From positions 10,312,262-10,376,261 of the forward strand of contig JAHRHZ010000066.1 of the NCBI GenBank assembly GCA_024137785.1: a DNA stretch of 64,000 bases, in the 5' to 3' direction. Position numbers and translations under genes: made by a program. The stretch is from Ginglymostoma cirratum (taxonomy: Eukaryota). Positions 48,912 to 61,868 of this stretch are shown piece after piece; position 1 is the first letter of the stretch, and each line of letters begins with the position of its first letter. The notes beneath the pieces were generated by a model. That model saw only the letters and a program-made list of their open reading frames with translations, searched no databases and had not been told where the DNA came from.

Positions 48912-50759
48912 AGGAGCAATGTTAAATGGATGTTTCTTCAGACTGGTAGAAGGTTTGAAGTGGAGTTTCCCAGGGGTTGTGGTCCATGATCTTTCAGATA
49001 TTTAGAAATGACCTAAACTCTGGAGTATAGGGCATAATTCCAAAATTTGAGATACAAAACTTGGAAGTAGGTTGAACCATGAGGAGAATAAGAATGTCAA
49101 AAGAACGTAGATAAGTTAACAGAATGAGAGAATAAGTGTCAGAGGAAAGTTAATGCAGAGAAGTGTAAAGTGATCTAGTTTGGAGAAACAATATTAAACA
49201 AGGAGCATAGATCTCGAGGTGGTGCAGGACAGAGGAACCTGGGTGTATACATGCATAAATGATTGAAGGTGGCTGGACAGGTTGAGTGATTAATAAAGCA
49301 AACAGCATCATCCTAGGCTTTATTAATAGAGGCATAGCGTATGGAAGCAAGGAAGAATGTTAAACTTACACGGCTTTGGTTTGGCCTCATTAAGTTTGGC
49401 ATATTAAGTCCACTTCTGGGTCCACACAATAGGAAAGATGTGAAGGAATTAGAGACAGTGTAGAAAAGATTCACAAGAATAGCTCCAGAGAAGACAAATA
49501 TAAATTACATGGAAGATTGGCCATTGTCTTAAGAGAAGAAATGGTTCAGAGGAGATTTGATAGAGGTATTCAAAACTATGAGGGGATTGGACAGAATAGA
49601 TAGCAAAACACTGCCCCACTGGTGAAAGATCAAGAACAAGGGGATACATATTTCAGGGATTTTGCAAAAGAAGCAATGATGACAGGAGAAATAAACTTAC
49701 TTCACACAGTGAGTGGTTATGATCTAGAATTGTAGAATCATACTGTACAGAAAAGGATCTTCAGCCCATTGGGTCTTTACTGCCAAAACTAGACTGAGCT
49801 CTCTGACAGTCCAGAAGACACCCCACAAAATAGATTTTAAATTCTAAAAAAATGTACTTGTGGGCCAGGGGGAGTGGAAACCATATAAAACGTGGAAGCC
49901 TTAGTCCTTCCTTAATGTGGGCTATGTCCCCAGAGTCATCTCATTACCCTACCCCACATCATTGGCACTCAGCTGGCATTGAGGAATCTTCTGAGGCGGT
50001 GACCTCGTGCTGTTTAAATTTACACATGGACACACTGGCTTCTGAATCATTTGAAAATGTATTCTGTCAGGTTATGAAATCTTTCCATTTCCTCCTCATT
50101 TCTCTTTAGCCCCTCAGCTTAATTACAGTTGCTGCGAAGAAGGCAAATGAGTAATTAGCTTCTAAGCTTCATCAATTCACTCTGAATGAGTAACTCCAAG
50201 GCTCACAATAGAGGGCCAGATATTATCATATTTTGATTTTCTTTCTCCCCAGTGAGGACACATCAGAGGATAAATATTCCAAACAAGGTTATTTTAGCAA
50301 CTGATTTATTTAAGGTAAATTACCTGCTAATATTACCAGACACAATGCCATTCAGAAACTTTGCATTATGATCTCCAGTCAGCATTAAATTTCTCACAAA
50401 CCTCAGCTGAGACTTTGGCAGAAAAAAAGGAACAATGCTGCCATTTTCCAGATTACAACTCTTCTATTGAATTGAGAATGGGCGAGTTAGTGCTTTCATG
50501 GAAACTCCAAACTTTTGATCACCTGTTAGACTCTGGTCTCCTTTTGGTATTCGAATTGGCCATGATCCCATTGAGCAGAAGAACGGTGTCAATGGGCAAA
50601 CTATTGCTCCTGTGGTTCTATCTACAGCAGAGTTAGTACAATGAAGAATATGAGAAGTCAAGTTTAGATTAATGAAACCTTCCACATTCAGATCAATTTT
50701 GAGGTAATGTTGGTTTCATCCATTAAGGTGGTTTAATGTGCCTTTTATTTATTTTTAAG

Positions 50760-50853
50760 GCCCTCAAAGACTGTGTAGAAGACTTGGTCCAGCCTTTCCA
50801 GAATGACGCCATAGACATTGTAGCTGGGATTGATGCCATGGGCTTTGTTCTAG
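50760..50853 (+). CDS. APRT-like phosphoribosyltransferase, coding exon 2
   Basis: tttttaag acceptor, gtaact donor. ALKDCVEDLVQPFQNDAIDIVAGIDAMGFVL(G) parallels the APRT IDYIAGLDSRGFLFG motif. Confidence 0.92.
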
Positions 50854-51369
50854 GTAACTATGCAATGCAGAAATCTTAACAGTTTAATTACCAAGAGAAT
50901 TTCTTTCAGAGTGTGGTGTAATGTTAAATTCAGCATTTTGTCATAATGTTTTTTGGTTGACACATTATTCATCTTAGTTATACCAATGTTTGTAGCTTTG
51001 AAACAAGGTGAAATTCCTAGGGTGTAATTGACTTGAAATATTATGGTGTTCAGCAAAGCTTATTTCATTCAGTAATAAATCATCACACTGGGTTTCAGTG
51101 TTTGCTCTCAACTTCAAAGGTAAACCCAATTGGGAAGTCCTAGTGTTTGTCAGTTTAATCTCCCATTGTGAGAGACAGCCTTAGCACCCAGCGACAGAAT
51201 GTTCAGACTGACTAGCCCAGAATAGCTTTATTCGATAGTAGGCTAGACACTTAGAAAGACAGTAAATTTACACTTCTTTAATGTTTCTTGGAGGAACAAG
51301 TGAAAGTTGCACACTGTTCATTCATGTACATTTGCCCCAAAGGCAAGAAGGCCAGTCAGACAATAGCTA

Positions 51370-52510
51370 GAATTCTGTGAACAGATTTGGGCCCCTTATC
51401 TCATGAATGATATCTTGGCATTGGAGACAGTTCAGAGAAGGTTTGCTAGGCTGATACGAGATAAGGAGGGACTGTCTTATGAGGAACGGTTGAGTGGTTT
51501 GGGCCTGTGCTCTTGGAATACAGTAGAATGAGAGGTGACATGAGGTCAAAGAATGGAGATCTAATTGAAATAAGATGTCAAAGGGGATTGACAGAGTAGA
51601 CATAGAGAAACATATATGTTTCCCCTGATTGATTGATTGATTGATTTGATCTATTGTATATGTACCTAAGTACAGTTCAAAGCTTTGTTTGCAAGCATTC
51701 AGACAAATCATAGTAAGCAAGGACATACAGATCACAGGGTGAAAAGAAAACTTGGACAGAGTAAGGCACACAGGAATTTTTACAGATTTAGTTTAAGAGC
51801 GTAGAATGGTTATAAGAAATGTTAGAGTTAGATCTGTTCTAGGGAGCTTGCAAGGAGTCACCTGGTGTTGGCGCCATCTTGAATCATCTGTGGGGTGATC
51901 TAGAACAAGAATCCATAGATATTTTACTGAGGGATGATAGATTTAAAACAAAGGTGAAAACAGAGGTGGAATTCATGACTGCAGAGTGCAGTGGATACCA
52001 TATAAATTAAGGGTGGAGATAGATTTTTGATCGGCAATGGGTCAAAGGGCTATGGGAGTGGGCAGGAAAGTGGAGTTGAGGCTGAGATGAGATCAGCCAT
52101 GATTATATTGGGTGGTGAAGTGGGCCAATGGGCTGAATGGCCAACTCCTGCTCCTCTTTCTTATGTTTTTATTGAACGATGCAAGATTCTTAAGGAACTT
52201 GACAAGGTAGATATGGAAAGGTTGATTTGCCTTCTGTGAAATTCTCGGACCAGATGGCATAATCTCAGTATAAGGGGTCAGACATTTAAGAGAAAGTTGA
52301 GGAGGAATTTCTCCTCTCGGAGGGTAGTGAATCTATGAAATACTTTGCCACCAAAAGCTGTGGAGGTTCGGTTATTATGTATATTCAAGCCTGAAATATA
52401 CAGATATTTAATCAGTAAGTGAATCAAGACTATGGATAAAGGTCAGGAAAGTGGAGTTGGAAGTTATCAAATTAGCCATAATTTCATTGGATGGCAAAGC
52501 AGACTCAATG
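51370..52510 (+). mobile_element. Two tandem CR1 3' fragments, with a nested ~260-bp minus-strand LINE derivative at 51626-51885
   Basis: CR1 C-terminal and 3' UTR motifs occur twice. The nested insert begins ttcaagatggcgcc and ends in an (atca)n tail on minus. Confidence 0.7.
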
Positions 52511-55500
52511 TTCATTATCACGCAGTTCTAACAAAAGGTAGTCGACCTGAAATGTTTACTGTATCCGTCTCCACTTGAGTGTTTCCAGCATTTTCCTCTT
52601 TAATTTCATTACCTTAAATGATAATTTCTCCTGGTGTTAGCCTTAAACTTGTAGATCTCTTGAAGTGAATGTCACAATGTGCCATTTGAATATCAGGCTA
52701 CTCCTGCAGCACAACTATGAAGTTGCCATAATCTCCACAGTGCAATAGTTTGTTGGCTTTCAGTAAACAACAACAACTTGCAGTTATCCAGTAACTTTAT
52801 CAAAGGAAAATGACCTGAGGTACTTCACAGTAGTGCTATAAGACAAATCTTAACACATATCCATACGAGGGGTTGGGTTTTACAGCCTCTCCATCAATGT
52901 GTTTTTGGCGGTGGGGATGAGCCTCCACAACCTTGGGCCTATTGAAGCCCTTAACTGTCTAATTAAACAGCAGTTAAAGGTTTCAATCCACCTCCACACC
53001 TATAATGGGCTCAGAAGTGGAAGGTGGATGAGAAGAGAAAGTCCATTTTTCTTAGGCAGGAAAGAAGAGGGGTACATCCTTACAGGGGAGGCCCTCTGCA
53101 CATTATGGAGTACCTTCCCTAAGATAATACTCCCCTTTCTTTGTGACTACTCCATCCACAGGCCTCCAAGACCCTCCTCCCAACCCTCTGCCACACCCTC
53201 TACCTCCCCGTCCCTGTCACCGTAGGATGCCTGATTTCTCCCTGTCCAAAAAGCCCAGAATGTATCTGTATCCAGTTGCCATCAATCCTTGTGGAGATGC
53301 TTGAAGACTACAGAGCTCTGGTGCTCGGACTGCAAGAACTGCTGGCAAGTCAGATTGGCTGGTGGCTCTTGAAGGTAGTGCTTCTTTCCATTAAGAGCTT
53401 TAAGTCCCAGTCTGTACCTGTTAAGGCCACACTACAGGTGGCCTTTTTACAATCTAATACAGGATCAAGCAATTAGTCCCCTGACCACCACCCACTCCCA
53501 CCCACCCCAAAAATAATCCACCCCAAAGAGATATTAGGATAGGTGATCCACAACTTAGTTGAAGAGGTACACTTTAATGAGGATCTTAAAGGAAGACAGA
53601 AAGATAGAGAGGTAGAAAGGTTTATACGATTGGAGCCTGCTCTAACCTAATATGCCTAATGCTTGGAGGCTGCTTTCTACCTGGTGGTGTGCTGAACACC
53701 GTTGGCCACATTGTTGGCTTAAGATTTCATCCTCAATTGTCCAAAGATTGCAAGATTTCTACATCTATTATTTTGTCCAATTCATTAACTGCTGATCAGT
53801 AGTTACAAGCAGATACAACATCCATTGACTTCAGTGAACCCTTAATCCTCCATGTTACCGTAACCCATCATGAGGTTAAACCAAATGCCATTCCTTCTTA
53901 CATAGAGCATTTCTGAAAGGATATGTTAAATATTTCATTGAATAAGGTTTGTCCTCACTCCTTTAGCTTAATCCTGATTGTTTTTCCTTCTTTGAAAGAA
54001 GTTGGTTTAAAAAGATTTGCATTATGCTGTTATAACAAAGTTGCCACATTTGGTTGATGGAAACGTATTAAAATTCTTTGAGGATTTAGTCTTTTAGCAC
54101 AAGCTTAGTTTTTCAAACTTGCCGTTTCTTCCAAATTGAATACATTATCACAAAATCTATTTAACCATGTTGGAGTCAGGTTTCAATTAAATGCTAAACG
54201 TTGTCTGCTGTGAACAGATACAGTTCTACGACAGGAGTGTTGCCTGTGAGTGACGTTCCATTCAATCCAATGATCTGTTTATCACAAGCAGTGTGTGCTT
54301 AAAGTATTGGGGTCCAGTAATCTCACCACCATCACAGGCTCATAGAATTTCTAAAGAATATCAGCTTTTCCTCTTTCCATTACATAACACAATTTTCACA
54401 AATAATTAATTTCAAATTATTGTAAGTCATTTATTTGCAAGAAGACAACTACATTTCAAACATACAGTTGTCAAACTTCTTCAGGGATAGGATCTGAAGT
54501 CCGATCTGGAGAAAGCATCTATCTTATTGAATCTTTGTTCCTGACCTGCAGAAATTTATCTCACTGTTTATACTATACCTTGTCCTAAAAAGGGAGCGTT
54601 GCTAAGACTTTAATCCCAACACGAAATTTTGCAACATGAGAAAAAGGATGTAAGATGGACCTTTAAAATTATTGGGCTTATGCTCCTGTCACTCAGTGCT
54701 CTACAGTTTTGTGAGATCAACACTTCAGTATCAACAATTTTATTCTTTGGTGCAAAATGAAAACCACAGCCTGGACTTGCAGAGTCAGTACATCTCCCAA
54801 TTCCGCAAATCCGACCTGGGAGAAAGTGCCCTGGAAGGTGAAAGCTGTGGTAGTTAAGTTTTCTAGGAGTCGATCCAGGTGAGGAGACAGGCTGGATGGA
54901 AGGTTTGTCTTGGTGCTCTGGCACCATGTTGAAGTTGTAAAAAATAAATAATAATGTATAAAACAACTTCCCAGTCCACAACCCTTTCTCATGCTCCCTC
55001 CCCACCACAGTTGCTGTGCCCCATCCTTGCCAATTTATGCTACCGCATACTCCTTTCCTACCCATAATCTTACAAACACACCACACCAAACAATGTCCCT
55101 CTGCCCACCCATGATGGCCCACTGCAGCCCCTATACCAACCTATGCCCCTCTATTCACCCCACAGCATTTTTAGACCATACGCTTGCAAATGCCACTTTG
55201 CCAATATCCCATAACCCCCTATACTCTCCTTTTCATGCAGTATGAGTCTGACTCAGTGTATCAGGTCAAACTGTGTCCCTCCACCCACTCTCCAGGGCTT
55301 GTTATAGCCCCTATGCCAACCTAGTGCCAACTCTTGCCAATCCTTGCTCCCATTCAATATCCTTTGCTCTTACATCTTACCTTGCCAACTGATCCAGTGT
55401 ATACTTTGGCAGACCTTGGGATCTACACCGAGGTAAAGTAAAGTTCAATGTTTCTATTGCAATGTTTTTTAAAACAACTCATATATAAAAACTGATTCAT

Positions 55501-57095
55501 TACATTTTAACTACATAATCACTGGTAACAACAAACCCATTAATTCAAGTACATAATCCCTTATAAAAACAAACACTAGAATTCGTTGTCCCATTAACAC
55601 TTTAATAACTTAGAGTTATCAATCAAACAATGAAATGGCAAGCACCCTACTGTGATCATGGAAGGTCATGAAATCACTCATGCAGCACTAATCTAGTAAT
55701 AGTAGCCTTGAAGCTTGTGATGCGATGAAATAATAAACATGGTTTTATATCATTCCAGGTAGTTCTGATTCCACATTGTAAAAGCCAGGAGTTTTGAATG
55801 CCTCTACAGCTTGACAATACCCTTTGTATCGTTCAAATTTATACTTTTGACAGTTGTTTTCAGCAGTTCCAAAAAACGTCACAGCTCTAATTAGTTAATG
55901 CACTTTATGCGCACGTCACCCGAAAGGCATTTTATTGCTCCAAAAGATCCATGACCTCCCCCAAAGATGTCCTGAGATCATATTCACAATGGCACAGTGA
56001 AATGCTAAAAGACGAAATAAATCTAAATAGAAAGAGTAAATGTTTGCCCATTATCAGTGGTACTGCATCAATCATTAGCGCATCCATTACCACACCATCT
56101 GAGAACTTTTCAAAAGGGAAAGTTATCTTTCCAAACAGGAGAGATCTTTCCCTGGCTATCCAAATAAATCCACAATGTTCAGACTTCCTGCTACTAAGTT
56201 TAATCTGTGCAAGTTACATTTTACAAAGCTAGATTAATTATATTAGATAGAAATGGAGGTAACTGATAAATTATATGATCAGCTACCCTATGAAGAGGGG
56301 AAGCATGAAATGTGACCTTTCTCCCCTTTTCCACCCTTTGAAATAATAGGCCTCCTACATTAGAAACAAGGACAATCCATCATTGTCAGGTCTACTTGTC
56401 TCTGGGTATCTGAAGAGGGCTTAACCCCCAATAAGCGAATCATGAAAGAACATACTGATCACTTCAGGCTGATTGCTAGTAGTCTTCCAATAAATTCTGG
56501 ACTCTTGGAGCTACATGTGAATTTGGAGGAGAACACCAATTCAAATAAAATAGATATTTTGGGAAACTGTGGAACAACCAAAGTTCAATCTGCAGGACAA
56601 TGTCGAATACAATCTGCAGTTCCTAAATTACTACAATGATTGTAATTGCAATATAACTTACTGCACTAGCTTATTTGTAAAAGTACTATTTGATCACGGG
56701 AGGCCCGTTACTTAAATATACAGCTATTCTATATTGACCAATGGAGTTATGTTGACAATGCGAAATGGCCAGGCATTTATCGTTTCCTTAGGTTATTTTC
56801 CTCTTCAGTATCTCCCCATGCCAATCACCTCATGAATAGCTGATCTGATCTTAGCTATTCTGTGACTTGAGGAATCAAAAATAGGGGCTATGCTAGAGAC
56901 TGACAGGAGTGAGGGCAATTACTGACTTGTTGCAAGAAATTATTCTCATCGTCGCACGGAAAATAGCCATCTATTAGGAATGTGACTACCTGGAAGTTCA
57001 CGCCTTCAACAGAGGAAGAGTGAGGACAGAATAATTAAGTTAAGATTTTACTGAACACACCACTGCAATTCAAACCTGTTATTTTGTGATTTTAG

Positions 57096-57242
57096 GAGCA
57101 GCTATAGCCTACCATCTTGGAAAAGGGTTTTTAACCATTCGGAAAGAAGGTCACAGTTGTGTCGAGACCAGCAGCAGAAATTACTATGACTACACAGGTC
57201 AAAAGAAATTGTTGGAAATGCGGACTGATGTGGTTAAGAAAG
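57096..57242 (+). CDS. APRT-like phosphoribosyltransferase, coding exon 3
   Basis: ttttag acceptor, gttggt donor, 147 nt. (G)AAIAYHLGKGFLTIRKEGHSCVETSSRNYYDYTGQKKLLEMRTDVVKK contains the IRKxG motif and flexible-loop Tyr. Confidence 0.93.
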
Positions 57243-58459
57243 GTTGGTATTTGAAGATATATCATTTTAATTTTCATTCTTGGGTGTTGCTGATGAGACT
57301 GGAATTTGCTGCTCATCTCCAGTTGTTTTGAACTAAATGGCTTGTATGTCATTTCAGAGCACACCATGTGGTAGTTGATTGACATAGGAGTAAGTTCCAC
57401 TAATAACATCAGATTTTCTTCTCTAAAGGGCATTGACAAACCAGTTGAGTTTTTAAATTAAGAATTGATAAACTTCATCAAGCCTTTCTTTTATCTCCAG
57501 ATGTTTAAACTTAATTTAAATTCCCACATTTGTCATCATGGGATCCTTATTTTTACTGGGTTATTAGGTCATTCAATACCCTATTGTTCCAGCACACTAA
57601 CCACTGCAGAGATGTTCAAACTTCTCCCATTGTAAAGATATAATCAAGATATAATACAGGAAATAGGTAATGTAATTTAAATCTCTCTTGGCTATATCTT
57701 GGATCAACTGGAATCAGGCAGAAGCAATGTCCACTATCACCAAATTGTACATCATATTTTAACTCATATTACTTCACAGCTCTGGCCAACAACAAACTTC
57801 ATTAGTTACTGTTTAAAACTGGATTTTGACCAGCTGTTGGTAAACTAACTACAGTTAATTTAAGGAAAATCTGAAGTACATATCAGAAACCAGTAAATTC
57901 AGTCATCTGATTTGTACTTGAAACTGAAACACTTAAGAATGAGCTGCCTCAATATAAAATGTATAACAGGATGTCCTTGAACTGAAGAGGATGCAGAGAA
58001 AAGCAACAGTGTTGTCAAATTAAAAGAGATGAGTTAGTCCATGATAAGGACTGGAGGAGTTCAGACTCTATTGTTTAGCAGGGAAGTTAAGAGTTAAAAA
58101 CCACCTCAAGATGATATGTGCAGCATATTAGGAAGAAATTGCATCTAGACATCAATATTTAGAATAATGCAAAAATGAATTACTTTCAAGTACAGCCATT
58201 GTTATGGGAAAGCATAAATAGCACATAGCAAGATGTAGACAAATGACCAATTTGAATAAATTATTGCAGATGCTGGAAACCTGAAACAAAAGCACAAAAT
58301 GCTAGTAGGCCTCGTAGCTTTTGTGGAGACAATATTTTCAGATATGAATAATTTGCCGAGAGTAATTTGAGCAAAATCAGAACTTGGCAAGTTTAGCTGA
58401 TTTGTTTTCTGGTGAAGCTCCATGATTATGAAGTGTTGGATGTTTACCCTTCCTCTTAT

Positions 58460-58763
58460 GGCAACACAGTGGCTCAGTGGCTAGCACTGCTGCCTCACTG
58501 CATCAGGGAGCTGGGTCAATTCCAGGCCTCAGGCAACTGTAAATGTGGAATTTGCATGTTCTTACTATGTCTGTATGGGTTTCATTCAGATGCTCTGGTT
58601 TCCTCCAACAGTCCAAAGATGTGCAGGTTAGGTGGATTGGCCACAGGAAATGCAGGGTTAGAGTAGGGAGGCTGGGTCTGGATGTGATGCTCTTTGGAGA
58701 GTTGGTGTGGAGTCAATGGGCCAAGCGGCCTGGCTTCCACACTGTAGGGCACTTTATGATTCT
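58460..58763 (+). mobile_element. HE1 (V-SINE family) SINE, near full length
   Basis: ggcaacacagtggctcagtggctagcactgctgcctcac head, V-domain and CR1-type tail. Confidence 0.85.
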
Positions 58764-59223
58764 TCACTTAACAGTACGGGATTTGAATAGACACTGTTTC
58801 TGCTGCCGCAAATGTTATTTTGGCCATTGGTTTATACAAAAGCCAATTTACGTTAAGGGAAAATATCAACGATCAACTTCTCCTAAAAAGAGCAGCCTGT
58901 CCTTATAATCCTCTGTTTGACTGGAGGATAATACGTCTTGTCCAGAATAAGAAATGCTTGTTGATCATGACAGATTTCTTCTTCAGTGTGTCTCTATAAC
59001 ACTATTCTCTGCTTTGTTCTTTTCCTTTCATTGATGGATGACTTAACTGAAAAAGCAGATGTGCTACACAGAGGTAGAATTAGGTTTGTGGGCTACAAAT
59101 CTCCGCTGAGTTTATTGTGAAAAATTACCAAGCAAATGATAAGTAATTACTCACAAACAAGGGTGGGGCAAAAATACAGACCTTACCAAAAGAATAAAAA
59201 TGCTTTGAAAATTCTGATTTCAG

Positions 59224-59319
59224 GCTTAAGGGTTCTGTTGGTGGACCAGTGGATTGAGACTGGAGGCACAATGGAAGCTGCAATTGCACTCATTGAACAA
59301 CAAGGTGGAACTATAGCAG
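59224..59319 (+). CDS. APRT-like phosphoribosyltransferase, coding exon 4 (PRPP-binding loop)
   Basis: tttcag acceptor, gtatgg donor, 96 nt. (G)LRVLLVDQWIETGGTMEAAIALIEQQGGTIA. Confidence 0.94.
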
Positions 59320-59595
59320 GTATGGGAGTAAAAAAGTAAATTTTTAAAATTCTGTTCGCACCATTCGCAATCAGACAACGATCATCACTGTCAGAGAAGT
59401 GAGGGAGGGCCATCTGGCTCACCCTTGTTGAAGGGGGATATGAAGCTTCGCCTTCCCCAGCGCCATGAAGATGTCCAATTTTGATCTAACATTGTTAAGC
59501 AGATAGAATGGTTCTTTCAGCCACCCGAAAAACATTCCATCCAAGGCAACATCTCACCCATATATTTTCCATTCTAAAACAAAGTTGCTGGAAAA

Positions 59596-59760
59596 GCCAG
59601 GCTGAGAGACTGCCAGACGCTGCTGAGAGACTGGGCCGAGACACCACCACGCCAGGCTGAGAGACCGCCAGATGCTGTTGAAAGGGCCAAGACACCACCA
59701 CGCCAGGCTGAAAGACTGCCAGACGCTGCTGAGAGACCGGGCCAAGAGGACACCTCACCA
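59596..59760. repeat. Three-unit minisatellite (~51-55 bp) inside a probable minus-strand L1/Tx1-derived insert (~59345-60470)
   Basis: Units start gccaggctga at 59596, 59651 and 59702. Confidence 0.8.
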
Positions 59761-61035
59761 GGTCTGCTCTGAGGCCGGGAGCGAAGAAAAGAATCACCAT
59801 GAGAAAGAGAAAAGAAACAGATCTTATTCATAATTTATCAACCTGTGAGGGAAGGCGAGCAGTCCAGCACTTTGATAAAGTGAACTGCTGCCCGGTAGGA
59901 ACATGGATTATGTCTTTTGGGAATTGGTCCCCAGTGCTAATTGGGGGAAAACCCCATCTATGCACCACATGTACCCCTTCCTCACTGGCCTCTCCAACCC
60001 AACCCCCTTATCTTGATGGGATTTCGCAGCTGTGCCCTCCCAAATCCCCAGATTTGCCCTGAAGTCCAGGAGATTTCTTCACTTCTTCCTTGGGTCCCTT
60101 TGTAGTCCCACTGTGGTCTTCTTCCAATCGGGTCGAGTGGCAGCTCTCACGAGTGGGACTTCCTGTCCTTGAGGACAGATGTCTTCCTTTGCACTGATGA
60201 AGACCACTCCAAATTATCACTGATTTCATTTTGATGAGGCGTCGACTAAACTTTAATTTGTGTTCGGTGAAATCCACCCAACCAAAATGGACACCAGGAT
60301 TCTTGGAGAATGACAGCTACAATCTGATAGTTCTTCATAGTCCTTGTTTATCTTAATGTTTAGGAGCCAGGGATTGAAAATAAAGTAGGAAAAAGAGAAA
60401 CAAAGGAAACGGCATACGAGTACGAAAGAAAGAGCTGCGTGAAGAACGTGCTTAATCTTGCAGACATTATTGAATCATTAAAATAAGAACTGTTCTCCCA
60501 CATTTTTCAACCAAATTGTTGAACTGAAGAGTAATTGTCCAATCATGGATGCTTACAGGATCCCACTATTAACTAAACCCAATGCAAACTGCTGAACAAC
60601 TAGTTATTACACTTCTTGAAGGGAAAGTGAATGTATGAGCCTTATTTGGGGTTGCTTCACTCAGAGACTACATGACTCCATGCCTGATGATGGAATGAAA
60701 ATATCCAACTACAGCAAGCTCAAAGTTCCAAACCATGATCCTGGCAGGTTCACAGGTGACCAGACTGCTCTTAGTTGGCCAGCTTGACTCATTAGTATGA
60801 TCTGATGCATAGAAATATTACTGGGAACTGGGATTTGTAATACTCAGCTTCAAATAGCCTAGCAAGCTATTGTGCTGCTAAATAGATGTCCTGTCTGGAC
60901 AAATAGCAGAAAGCTTACCAGTGTTATGTTTGGGTAGGAGACAAAGTTTTGACTGAGGAGGTGTAGGTGACACTGCATCCTCTTTTTGCAATCTTTCTCT
61001 TATGTGTATTGTAATATTCTTTTTTCCATTTATAG

Positions 61036-61208
61036 GCATTGCGACAATCTGCATTGAGGACAGCGAAGGAGGCAAGCGAATTAAAGAGAAATATAAATTT
61101 TCAACCGGTGTCCCTGGTCACTTGCAGCCACAATTCAATAATAAATACCTGGAGTCCTTCAAAGCCTTTGAAACAAAGATTCCAATTGTGCAAAATAAAT
61201 CTGAGTGA
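61036..61208 (+). CDS. APRT-like phosphoribosyltransferase, last coding exon
   Basis: tttatag acceptor; (G)IATICIEDSEGGKRIKEKYKFSTGVPGHLQPQFNNKYLESFKAFETKIPIVQNKSE*. Five exons total 633 nt = 210 aa + stop. Confidence 0.9.
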
Positions 61209-61710
61209 AGCATCATTTGTCTCCTGAGGTTTCATTTTTTAAATTGATCTGTGCACATCAGAAATAGTAGTGGGCAATGCAAATTTTTAGGGAGAGACAG
61301 GAGTCAATTGGTAACTTTCTGCCATGCAAATAAGGGTGGTGGACTGGTACCTGAGGCAGAAGCACAGGAGTTTAAAGCTAACTCCAGTGGAAGTTGGCAG
61401 ACTCCACTGTGAGGCCAGTGAGAGCACTCCTGGGTGTTGTAACATCAGGGTTGTATCTGGTTGTACTGGAGAGAAGAGATTCTACAGCCATTTACCTGAA
61501 TTAACTCTTTACAAGGATAAGAGAGGCTTAAATCCGACACCACCAGAACTTTATGCTTATATTCCAGTTTCATGTGATCTAAAATAATCTGAAATAAGTG
61601 GTGATGCCTGAAGTTTTTGACTTTGGTCCATAAACTATTTAATTTTTTATCCTATTCTTACTCCCACCATCAGTCTCTTTCATCAAAGGAAACATTCTCC
61701 AATTGTGTAC

Positions 61711-61868
61711 ATAGCAAGAACTGCAGATGCCGGAATCAGAGATAACACAGTGTGGAGCTAGAGGAACACAGCAGGCCAGGCAGCATCTGACCCAGAATGT
61801 AAACTTTCCTGCTCCTCTGATGCTGCCTGGCCTGATGTGTTCCTCCAGCTCCACACTGTGTTGTCTCA
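61711..61868. mobile_element. Inverted pair of Penelope-derived repeats forming a 49-bp hairpin
   Basis: Arms 61739-61787 and 61819-61867; same family as the tail of 8097-8585. Confidence 0.8.

Larger units (their letters stand above)
46975..49730 (+). mobile_element. Old degenerate CR1 LINE hosting an inverted duplication and a nested element
   Basis: GALLDLVFGN (endonuclease end), decayed SQHGFV/DFFDKLT and later RT motifs in order. Confidence 0.75.

Noticed and set aside
52869-53524. Segments bounded by weak gggxggatttt...aaaatxcxccc inverted ends (also ~24660-25400, 31205-31505, 37140-37685)
   Set aside because: Probably old non-autonomous DNA transposons, but too degenerate to delimit or classify by eye.
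59596-59760. Regularly spaced repeats resembling a CRISPR array
   Set aside because: Whole units are repeated with no unique spacers, the context is a vertebrate intron, and there are no cas genes; it is a minisatellite.
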